Origin: Owenia fusiformis
Taxonomy: Eukaryota
Direction of reading: 5' to 3'
NCBI GenBank assembly: GCA_903813345.2
Contig: CAIIXF020000001.1
Location: 29,078,001 to 29,142,000, forward strand
Length of the DNA stretch: 64,000 bases
The notes below the pieces were generated by a model. The model saw only the letters and a program-made list of their open reading frames with translations, made no database searches and had not been told where the DNA came from. Position numbers and translations under genes: made by a program. Below, one piece after another: positions 12,628-24,800 of the stretch (position 1 is the stretch's first letter; each line of letters begins with the position of its first letter).

Positions 12628-15260
12628 ATTAGACTCCAGATGTCAATCTGGAGTCTATTGTTTTTGCCAGTATTCTTATTATTCTTTATTATTATTAGAC
12701 TCCAGATTGAAAATCTGGAGTCTATTGCTTTTGCCTGTATTCTTATTAGACTCCAGATGAAATCTGGAGCCTATTGTTTTCGTCAGTTTTCTTATTCTTA
12801 TTATTAGACTCCAGATGTCCTGGAGTCTATTGTTTTTGTCAGTATTCTTATTCTTTATTATTCTTTATTATTCTTTCCCAGTTTTCTCGTTAACTAGAAG
12901 ATATTGAGTCAAGTCTTATATATGGTCCATTTAAGTCCTAGATCTAGTTTCTCGGAAATTGGGTCAAATTTTTATCTAGGTCAAAGGTCAAGAACTAGGT
13001 CAAATCTTACATTTTCAACATTCTGTCATTTATCTTCGTCGTTGTTTATCGTAACTCCTAAATCTTTTTTTCATCATGTAGCTTAGAAAAAGCCAAAGCA
13101 AAGAAATGACATTAGATTTTTGATTACGCTTACCGATTTTGAAATATGGCGTCCAGAAAGTAGGTCACAATAAAAAGTTCTCCAAATTTAACATATGAGT
13201 TATGAATTAAGGGTAGAATTTTCTCAGGAATCCGAATATGCAAACTAAATTTCGATCCGACTTCCGGTCCAAAAGTTATGACATTTTAAAACTTTTTTTT
13301 AACCTGCCAATAACCACGCGCAAGATCGAAAAAATCAATATGATGGTATCCTGATAGAAAGTCAAGAGTAGTGAAGAAAATATTGAAAAATCCTTCCATC
13401 CATCCTATCTATCCTATCCTATCCTATATCCTATCCTATATCTATCCTATATCCTATCCTATATCCTATCGTATATCCTATCCAATCCTATCCTTCTTCA
13501 GTTCTTTCCTATCCTTCCTTCCTATCCTATACTATCCTATCGTTTCTTCCTATTCTATCCTATCCTTCCTTCCTATTCTGGAAGGAAGGATAGTATAGGA
13601 TAGGAAAGAAGGATAGGAAAGAGGGATAGGACTGGACGACTTGGCTTATTCTGGACGACTCGGCTATATCCATCCCACCTATCCTATTCAATCCTATCCT
13701 TCTTTCCTATCCTTCCTATCCTATCCTGTACTATCCTATCCTTTCTTCCTATTCTGTCCTATCCTTCCTATCCTATGAATTCATCCATTTATCCATCAAT
13801 CCATCCATCCATCGGCTTATTCTGGATGACTCGGCTTATTCTGGATGACTCGGCCTATATTCTGGATGACTTGGCTATTTTGGATGACTCGACTATAATA
13901 TCCATCCCACCTATCCTATCCAATCCTATCCTTCTTTCCTATCCTTCCTATCCTATCCTACCCTACCTATTCTGTCCTATCTTATTCTTTCTTCGGATTC
14001 TATCGTATCCTATTCTATCCTTCATACCCTATACTATCCTATCCCTTCTTCATATTCTATCCTATCCTTCCTTCCTATTCTGTCCTATCCTTCCTCCTAT
14101 CAATCCATCCATTCATCCATCAGTTCAGCCATCCACCTGCTTATTCTGGATGACTCGGCTTATGCTGGATGACTCGGCTTATGCTGGATGACTCAGCTTA
14201 TTCTGGATGACTTGGCTTATTCTGGATGACTCGGATGACTATTCATCCCATCTTAGCCTAACCATCCTTTCTTATCAATAATATTGAAAAATATGTTGAT
14301 CCGAACCGTTGGTCTGGTCTGTCAGTCGGTCCATCTGTCCGTCAGTCCATCTGCTCGGTCTATTGGTCTGGTCCATTGGGTCTGGTCAAAAGGGTCTGTA
14401 TGATCTTTCAAATCCATCAGTCCGGTCAACTTTAGGTCAGTCTGTCGGTTGGTCCTCCGGTCAGTCATTCAGGTCAATTTTCCAGTTAGTCAGTCATCAG
14501 TTTGGTCAGTTGGTCATCTGGTTGCTCATTCAGTCGGTTGACCATTCAGGTCAGTCATCCTTTCGGTCGGTTGTCCAGTTGGTCAGTCAACGGTTCAGGT
14601 CAGTCATCTGGTTAGTCGGTCTGCCAGTAGGTCATCTGATCAGTCAGTCATCCAGTCGGTAGTTCAGGTCAGTTGATCAGTCATCAAGTAGGTCAATCTG
14701 TCATTCAGGTTAGTCGGTCAATTGTCTAGTCGGTCAGTTATCCGGTTGGTAAATCAGTCATCAGGACGGTTGGTCATCCAGTTGGTCGGTCATCCCAGTC
14801 TGCTGTTTGTCAAGCGGTCGATCATTCAAGTTGGTCATCCTGTCAGCCTTTCATGTCAAACATCTCATAGTCCGGTCAGTTGATTGTTCAGGTTGTTTGT
14901 CCGGTTGGTAGGTCAGTCACTCTTCTGGTCGATTGACCATTCAGGTCAGTAGGTCATATGGTCTGTCAGTCGTCCATTCGGATGTTCAGAATTCAGATCA
15001 GTCATCAGGATGGTTGGTCATCCGGTTTGTTGACCATTCAGGTATGTCGGTCGATCATCACATCAGTCATTCAGGTAAGCTGATCAGTCTTCTAGTTGGT
15101 CGGTCAATCATTCTATCATTCATCCGATCAGTCGGTCATCTGGTCAGACAAGCATTCAGGTTGGTAATCCAGTCGATCAGTCATCCAGTTGGTTGGTTGT
15201 CAGTTATTCGGTCAATTGGGCATTTAGGTCGGTCGTCTGGTCGGACAATCGTTCAGATAA
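12628..15260 (-). repeat. Helentron/HINE-like repeat complex with four stacked hairpin termini, (ATCCT)n and (GGTC/GTCA)-rich simple repeats
   Basis: agactccaga...tctggagtct hairpins at 12628-12840; homology to 18760-20712; simple repeats at 13397-14270 and 14300-15260. Confidence 0.65.
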
Positions 15261-17669
15261 TCTTTCCATGGATATCCAAATATTGGTCTGAATTTATGTG
15301 TGTAAGGATTGTATGCCTCTCTGTTGCTCTTAATCAAAACATGTGGGGCTGAGAAGGATTGGAAGCCATTATTCAAACTTAATACTCCGTTGCCTGGCAT
15401 AGACCAATTTTGTCTATAGATTTTAGATTTTGGGAGAAAATCCAAAATGGTTGCCTTGAAATTTAGCCAGTATGTCTAAAATAAAATTATGTCTAAATTT
15501 CAATACAAAGAGACATCTCTGATAATTTCTAGCAACAAATTGCAAACTGATCACAATATTAGCGTCCAATGCTGCCTCATGCCTCTCAATGGCCACGTCC
15601 ATGTATTACTGATATGTATACATTACAATACATGTAGTACTCGCCACCATTAGTGTGGTTGGTGTTTAGTGGTTGGCGTTCTGGGTCTGTAACAAATGGC
15701 AGGTGGTGATATTTTGTATGTTAATTCCTTGTTAATGTGTAAAATAAAAACGGTAACAGAATACAGTATTTATTTTTCATTTTTGTGTGGCCACCCTGTA
15801 CTGCAACAAAGATGCAGAGGAAATTATTCAATATATACTATAACATAAGACTTTATATTCACTAAAATGTTTATATATATTGGTCTTAAAGGATTGACAC
15901 ATCATAATATTTACATAAATCAGATCAGAATGATATAAATACATGCCAGACTTTTTAGTAATCATACATGTTCTGTGCAAATCTATACAATGTAATGGAG
16001 ATATCATTCTGGACTGAATAATACATACATATGCTTCAACTATTTTAATGGTTATTTGTGTACTAAGCATATTTACTGTGGTTCCTTATGGCAATTATAA
16101 GGTCTTTGATTTGGATGATGCCAAGTGAGGGTTTGTCACATAATGTATTAGACATATGTCTCAAGTTTTGATATATTCAATTCATCGGATGCTATTTAGA
16201 GTGACATCATGGTAAGGTTAGGCTAATACAGTTCATCCAATGATGCCTGAGACAACATTGTATTGACGTATTTATATGCTTCTCTAGAGCCTTGTGTTGA
16301 AAAATAGTTATGACATAGTAATGTACATCATTTTATAATAAATTGGACAATGTATCATTTGTTGCCATGGGATGACGTCCAAGCATTCATTCTGTGCAAT
16401 TTGCATTTGCAAACAGTAAACATTTAATAGTTCATCTTATATTTTAATAGTTCATCTTATATTAAAACTCCAAGTACATAGAATTATATTCATTATTTAA
16501 GTTCCTTTGTGCTGTGTAGGCTTAGAGAGAAGCTATAGTTTGGTTCCTTGGTTGATGCCTCAAGATGATCTTAGCTATATGGCCTATGTTCTCATGTAGA
16601 GATATATAGTTCATCAATCACTGCTTGGAATAATTGCTTTAAAGTTCATTATTTCCTGCTGGAGGTTCTTGCCTAATATGGCTATGTTATCATAGCAAAG
16701 TATGTCAACAATGATAGTCCAATGGTTTCCTTTTATGAAATTGTTTACCAACAAAATAATAATACATATGGATGTCCTATAACAAATATTATTCAATTAT
16801 TTGTCTATTAATATGCATATGATACAATTTTAATAATACAACATTTGCCATGTTACATCATATCCAAAATAAAGATAGTAGCTGTCCAGCATAACATATA
16901 TTTATACAAATGTGCAGCTGGAGACAACCAACATCTGTTGCATAATCCCACACCATCAGTCAAAATTGCTTCAGAGTATAATATATTTATATTTACAGTT
17001 GCATATCACAAAATTCATTTTCATTTCAATTGCTGTAGAAACTAACAGCTATATGTTACATTCAAATGCTTGTCAGATGTGACATACTATGAAGTAAAAA
17101 TTGCAACCTCAAAGCATAATAAAACTAAAACTGGATACAATAGTTGTGACATATAATAACATAGTTATAGACATGGCCATAAACAAAAAATTAAATACTG
17201 AATGTCACAGTATGGCAGTGTAACACAAAAGTGTACATCACAGTATGGCAGTGTAATACAAAAGAGCAAGGGTCCAGTTAAATACAAGTTGTCATCTAAA
17301 GGAAGGAACAGGTGTCATTACATTATAAACAATTATATTATTTTAATAAATGGAAAGCAATAATATTTACATGATCACATACCATGAAATAGAGATTTCA
17401 ATATCAGAGTATAATACAATTTAGGACACCTATCAACAATTTTCACAAGGTAAAAAACATGAAGTAGCATAGTTGTATAATAGCAAGATGAAATTTTGAC
17501 TATCCAGAAAGGAACTATGCAGACTTGACACATTGTCATAGAAAAACATCAAGTAGCAAATGCAACTTAGTACAGTTATATCATACAAAGATGGCACAAA
17601 ACCATGACATAACAATTAATTACATTAAACATTAGCATAATATACTTGTATTATAGAAAGGTGCAACTG

Positions 17670-18752
17670 AAGACAACTAGTAGTTGTCACAGTATCAACA
17701 CTATAAACTGGATTATGTCTGTAATGTGTATGTGCATGTCTTGATTTAAGTAATAAAGTTGAAGTTGTAAACAACATAATTCACTAAACAGACAATCCAA
17801 GACATCGTGGCAAAGAAAGTGGGTATCAGTATCAACACGATGAATTGGATGATGTCTGTAATGTGTATGTCTATATTGTGTGATACATCAAAATTCACAA
17901 AACAGACAATCCAAGATCTTGACAAAGGAAGTGGTTGTCAGTAGCAACACCATGAATTGGTGTTGCATGTTCATGCCTTCAATAAACTTGAAAATATGGA
18001 CATTATAATTCACAAAACAGACAATCCAAGACATATTCACAAATGAAGTGGTTGTCAGTATCAACACCATGAATTGGATTATGTCTGTAATATGCATGCT
18101 CATATCTTCAATAAAGTTGAAGATGTGAAGCATCATAATTCACAAAACAGACAATCCAAGACATATTCAGAAATAAAGTGGTTGTCAGTATCAACACCAT
18201 GAATTGGATTATGTCTGTAATGTGCATGTTCATATCTTCAATAAACTTGAAGATGTGAAGCATCATTATTCACAAAACAGACAATCCAATACATATTCAC
18301 AAATGAAGTGGTTGTCAGTAGCAACACCATGAATTGGATTATGTCTGTAATGTGCATGCTCATATCTTCAATAAACTTGAAGAAGTGAAGCATCATAAAT
18401 CACAAAACAGACAATCCAATACATATTCACAAATGAAGTGGTTGTCAGTAGCAACACCATGAATTGGATTATGTCTGTAATGTGCATGCTCATATCTTCA
18501 ATAAACTTGAAGATGTGAAGCATCATAATTCACAAAACAGACAATCCAAGACATATTCACAAATGAAGTGGTTGTCAGTAGCAACACCATGAATTGGATT
18601 ATGTCTGTAATGTGCATGCTCATATCTTCAATAAACTTGAAGATGTGAAGTATCATTATTCACAAACAGACAATCCAAGACATCTTGACAAAGGAAGTGG
18701 TTGTCAGTATCAACACCATGAATTGGATTGTGTCTGTAATGTGCATGCTCAT
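17670..18752. repeat. 130-bp minisatellite, about 8 copies
   Basis: acagacaatccaa recurs at about 18021, 18151, 18281, 18411, 18541 and 18670. Confidence 0.9.
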
Positions 18753-18759
18753 ATTTATT

Positions 18760-20712
18760 ATTATTAGACTCCAGATGTCAATCTGGAGTCTATTGTTTTT
18801 GCCAGTATTCTTCTTATTATTCTTATTCTTATTATTCTTTAGGAGTTTTTTCAATAACTATGAGGTATCCAGTAAGGACCATAATACAGTTTATTCAGGT
18901 TCAGTATCTAGTTGGTGGGAAATTGGGTCAATTTTTTATCTAGGTCAAGGGTCAAGAACTAGGTCAAATCCAGTACTTTGTCACTTTTTTCGATTTTCTC
19001 GGTCGTCCTTCAATATTTTGGATCCGGGTTTTTTTCATTGTGTTCCTCATAGAAAAGTAGAAAATCTAGGGTCGATTTAGTTTTTTGGTATCTCAAACCG
19101 ATTTCGAGATATCAGTGTCCGAAAACGAGGTCCAAAAAAAAGTTCTCCGAATCCAATGTCCAGGATATCAGTCGTATAGGAAATTTTCTCAGGATTCCGA
19201 ATCTGAAAACCAAATTTCGATCTGACTTCCGGTTCAGAAGTTATGGCGTTTTGAAAATTCAAAAATCGCTAAATTTGGTGCCCCATGTTAATTCAATGGG
19301 AAAAAATATTTTTTTGAAGTGTAAAATACGAGATATAGACTAAGCACAGCTAAACATAATGGAAGCCCATAGAAGAAAGGGACCTCAAAACCTTCTTTTC
19401 ATAAAAATTTGGACACCAAAATGCCTAGGTCAAAATCTAGGTCAAATTCAAAGTTTTTCCTTATTTTTGCGATTCTGACACTACAGATTAATTATATTCT
19501 TCGAAATTTTGTATACATGTAGCCAAGAGTGTGCTAATAGTGTTAGCCTTTTGCCGTCAGAAAGTATTTTGACCCACTTTTGAGATATGGTGTCCGAAAA
19601 GTAGGTCAAAATAAAAAATTCTCCAAATTTAACGTTTGAGTTATGAATTAAGTATAGAATTTTCTCAGGAATCCGAATCTGCAAACCAAATTTCGATCCG
19701 ACTTCCGGTTCGGAAGTTATGACATTTTGAAAGCTCAAAAATCGCTAAATTTGGTGCCCCATGTTATGTCAATGGGATAAAAGATTTTTTTGAAGTGTAA
19801 AATACGAGATATAGACTAAGTACAGCTTAAAATAATGAAAGCCTATGAAAGAAGGGGACCTCGAAGGCTACCCAACTTCAAAATTTGGACACCAAAATCC
19901 CTAGGTCAAAATCTAGGTCAAATTCATAGTTTTTCCTTATTTTTGCGATTCTGACACTATATTTAAATGATTTGCTTCAAAATTTTGTATACAGGTAGGA
20001 AAGAGTGTGCTAATAGTGTTAGCCTTTTGCCGTCAGAAAGTATTTCGACCCACTTTTAAGATATGGTGTCCGAAAAGTTGGTAAAAAAAAAAGTTCTCCA
20101 AATTTAACATATGAGTTATGAATTAAGGGTAGAATTTTCTCAGGAATTCGAGTCTGCAAACCAAATTTCGATCCGACTTCCGGTTCCGAAGTAATGGCGT
20201 GTCCAAAAAGTAGGTCAAAATAAAAATTCGCCAAATTTAACGTATGAGTTATGAATTAGGGGTAGAATTTTGTCAGGAATCCGAAACTTTAAATCAAATT
20301 TAGATCCGACTTCCGGTTCGGAAGTTATGGCGTTTTGAAATTTCGGAAAATCGATCTGATGGCATCCTGATAGAAAGTCAAGAGTAGAGAAGAAAATATT
20401 GAAAAATTCATCCATCCTTCCTATCTGATCCTATCCTATCCTTCCTATCTATCCTTCCTTCGTATCCTTTCCTTCCTATCCTCTCCTATCATATCCTTTC
20501 TTCATATTCTGTTCTATCCTATTCTTCTTTCTTATTCTATCCTATCGTTCCTTCCCATTCTATCCTATCCTACCTTCCTATTTTATCCATCCATCTTATT
20601 CTGGATGACTCAGCTTATTCTGGATGACTCGGCTTATTTTAGATGACTGGGCTTAAAAAAGTCTAGATCTGGAGTCTGAAATTGAACTTCGTTCAATTTC
20701 CAAAGTCTAGTT
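18760..20712 (-). mobile_element. Helentron/HINE-like non-autonomous element with internal tandem units
   Basis: Terminal agactccaga hairpin and (TTA/TTC) tract at the left end; matching subterminal tctggagtctg...ctagtt at the right end. Confidence 0.7.
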
Positions 20713-21309
20713 ATTATTATTATTATTATTAGGAGGCCCCCGAGTTTTATTCTGTCTATCAGATAAGTTTATAGACAATTATAAGATGTACATTATTTAA
20801 TAATTGAACATAGCAACTCAACGGAGTAGCAAGTCCCACTAAACAGAACTTTTTTCATCAAACTACTCATAATTTTATTCATTTCATAATTGTAACAAGG
20901 CATGTGCAAACTTTATTTCATGAAAAATAAAGATGATTACCAGTTTACTACAATCTCTCATTTTTCTATAAATGTGATAAAACCATATTTATTATTTGGG
21001 AGATTTGAAAAAATTTTCTCCATTTTTACTCTTTACATCTAAATAACTTCACCAATTTATTACATATCACAGATATTTTGGGAGATATTATATTTGAGAT
21101 CATAATGAACCCATAGCTACGTCAATTTTACATGTTGCTTGCAATTTTATCACCCACTATAAATTTGAGTTTTCCTTTAAGTATACCATAGGACATCCCC
21201 TGGTAACTGAAATTGCATCCATCTTTGACAAAAAATATATTTTTAATACACATATTCAAAGGATTATATCACAGCTTTACGCTTGGCATTTGTTTACTAT
21301 TCATACTAT

Positions 21310-21819
21310 TCATATGCTAGTAGCTGATATAGTAGTTGGAACATTTGGAGAAGGCTCAATGACCAACTCTCTAGGAATTCCACTTGAGCCAGCACTAGTC
21401 CCTGGTGATGACTGAATCCCACTTCCACTCGTTCCAGAACTATTTCCAGAGTTTCCTTTTCCAAATTTTGAATAGTGCTTTACTGGCTGACTGGATGGGT
21501 TGCTTGATAAATTACTTGACAGCTGGCTCTCTTCATTAAAGCCAAGTTCATTGCTAACCTCTGGAGATATATAGTTACTTCTTGGTACCTTTCCCTCATA
21601 TTTCATCACATAGTTATCTCTGGGCACTTGGGTTGGTGATGCACTAGATGTCACAGACATGATAGATGACCCCGACTCTGTTTCACATGAAATTCCACTC
21701 ACAGTCCCATTAGCTTCAGGAACTGTATTGAGACTATGGCTAAAGCCATTATTCAAATGAGTCCCACCATTTGCCACAATCCCACTGTCTTCGCTGGTTT
21801 GTCTTTTAACAGAGCCCAC
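21310..21819 (-). CDS. Receptor terminal exon 17: Ser-rich cytoplasmic tail with YVMK, YEGK, YISP, YSKF
   Basis: ORF 21310..21819 starts exactly at a catag acceptor in phase 0 and ends in TGA. Confidence 0.85.
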   Translation of the reverse strand: MGSVKRQTSEDSGIVANGGTHLNNGFSHSLNTVPEANGTVSGISCETESGSSIMSVTSSASPTQVPRDNYVMKYEGKVPRSNYISPEVSNELGFNEESQLSSNLSSNPSSQPVKHYSKFGKGNSGNSSGTSGSGIQSSPGTSAGSSGIPRELVIEPSPNVPTTISATSI

Positions 21820-24800
21820 CTATGAACAGAAACCATTTATTATATGTTATGAGATAGTCATTATTGGTGACACTCGATATAGTCAATGATTTTTCTGATC
21901 ACCGTTAAAAGATCCAAAATGGGAAGCCATGTGCAGCTTTAAATTCAAGGTACAAGAATTTAGGTTTTTGTTACTGATTCTAATATGATAAACAAAGGAA
22001 GTGCATAATCAATTAAGGAGTCATATATAGGCCTATCCATTTATAGACACTTCAAGACTAAAACATGAATCTCTAATAGATAATAACCATAATATATATA
22101 TATAGAGAGAGAGATAAATAGATGCCATTGATGGTTTTTATCATGCTAGAATAGCATTATATAATACAACACTTTATTTCTTGATTTACCAAATATTTCT
22201 ACTAGGATAAATGTTAAACTATCAGACTATTGCCATGCAATTCTTGTGAATAATTGTGCACACACTTACATATGAAGTTCAATAGGAAAATCAAGGCAAA
22301 CAATTGTAATAGTCTGGGTAATTTCTAGACTATTTGCCAATTTATATGACACAACATAGAACTTCAATATCTAAATCTGAATACAAGAGCCAGGATTTAT
22401 GAAAATGTATTCAATATCTTTTATACATACAGGGGATAAAAAGTCATCAGTCTGTCCACTACTAATATTCTCTAGACAGAAAGGTGTCCCACTGTTGGTA
22501 GATTCTGGATCAGTGTATCCATCTTGAGGTTGTCTACCTGAACCCCCGAAATGCTACAATAAACCACAATGGATCAGTTAGTAATATAACATGTTCATAA
22601 TATAACATGTTATTCTACATTTTATTTGTACCATATTTTATCTAATAATACATTCATAACAATTTCCTGATAAAATCACCAACATAAGGTTTTTGGTTAA
22701 TAGTTTTAGAAAAATGATATTATATAATTTGAAACTTGTTGGCAGTATAACAATCAATATCGGGTGTCTACAAAACAAAGACGTAAGACCTAAGACCTAC
22801 AAAACTAAGACCCCCCACGTTATAAAACTAAGACCCTGTTATAAAACTAAGACCCCCCACGTTATAAAACTAAGACCCTGTTATAAAACTAAGACCCCCC
22901 ACGTTATAAAACTAAGACCCTGTTATAAAACTTAGACCCCCCACATAATAAAACTAAGACCCTGTTATAAAACTAAGATCCCCCACATTATAAAACTAAG
23001 ACCCTGTTATAAAACTAAGACCCCCCACGTTATAAAACTAAGACCCTGTTATAAAACTAAGACCCCCCACGTTATAAAACTAAGACCCTGTTATAAAACT
23101 AAGACCCCCCACGTAATAAAACTAAGACCCTGTTATAAAACTAAGACCCCCACGTTATAAAACTAAGACCCTGTTATTAAACTAAGACCCCCCACGTTAT
23201 AAAACTAAGACCCCCCACGTTATAAAACTAAGACCCTGTTATAAAACTAAGACCCCCCACATAATAAAACTAAGACCCTGTTATAAAACTAAGACCCCCC
23301 ACGTCATAAAACTAAGACCCTGTTATAAAACTAAGACCCCCCACGTTATAAAACTAAGACCCTGTTATAAAACTAAGACCCCCCACATAATAAAACTAAG
23401 ACCCTGTTATAAAACTAAGATCCCCCACATTATAAAACTAAGACCCTGTTATAAAACTAAGACCCCCCACGTTATAAAACTAAGACCCTGTTATAAAACT
23501 AAACCCCCCACGTTATAAAACTAAGACCCTGTTATAAAACTAAGACCCCCCACGTTATAAAACTAAGACCCTGTTATAAAACTAAGACCCCCCACGTAAT
23601 AAAACTAAGACCCTGTTATAAAACTAAGACCCCCCACGTTATAAAACTAAGACCCTGTTATAAAACTAAGACCCCCCACGTAATAAAACTAAGACCCTGT
23701 TATAAAACTAAGACCCCCACGTTATAAAACTAAGACCCTGTTATAAAACTAAGACCCCCCACGTAATAAAACTAAGACCCTGTTATAAAACTAAGACCCC
23801 CACGTTATAAAACTAAGACCCTGTTATAAAACTAAGACCCCCCACGTTATAAAACTAAGACCCCCCACGTTATAAAACTAAGACCCCCCACGTTATAAAA
23901 CTAAGACCCCCCACGTTATAAAACTAAGACCCTGTTATAAAACTAAGACCCCCCACGTTATAAAACTAAGACCCCCCACGTTATAAAACTAAGACCCTGT
24001 TATAAAACTAAGACCCCCCACGTTATAAAACTAAGACCCTGTTATAAAACTAAGACCCCCCACGTAATAAAACTAAGACCCTGTTATAAAACTAAGACCC
24101 CCCAAGTTATAAAACTTAGACCCTATTATAAAACTAAGACCCCCCACGTTATAAAACTAAGACCCTGTTATAAAACTAAGACCCCCCACGTTATAAAACT
24201 AAGACCCTGTTATAAAACTAAGACCCCCCACGTTATAAAACTAAGACCCTGTTATAAAACTAAGACCCCCCACGTTATAAAACTAAGACCCCCCACGTTA
24301 TAAAACTAAGACCCTGTTATAAAACTAAGACCCCCACGTTATAAAACTAAGACCCTGTTATAAAACTAAGACCCCCCACGTTATAAAACTAAGACCCTGT
24401 TATAAGAATCAGTCACCGTGCCTTGCTCTGCTCGCCACAAGGTAGTCTTGCCTCTGGGCCTTGTGTTCCCTAGTAACATACAGATTCTACAAAAGATAGT
24501 CTTGCTTCTGGTCCTTGTGTTCCCTTCTAATATACAGATTCTCCCCACTAACATAAAGATTCTACAAAAGGTAGTCTTGCTTCTGGTCCTTGTGTTCCCT
24601 TCTAATATACAGATTCTCCCCACTAACATAAAGATTCTACAAAAGGTAGTCTTGCTTCTGGTCCTTGTGTTCCCTTCTAATATACAGATTCTCCCCACTA
24701 ACATAAAGATTCTACACATGGTAGTCTTGCCTCTGGCCCTTGTTTACCCTAAAAAATTCTCCATCTAAAATGTCACTCGACTTTTTGGCAATTAAAAGTC

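Noticed and set aside
13371-15352. Hydrophobic or low-complexity ORFs
   Set aside because: Derived from (ATCCT)n and (GGTC)n simple repeats.
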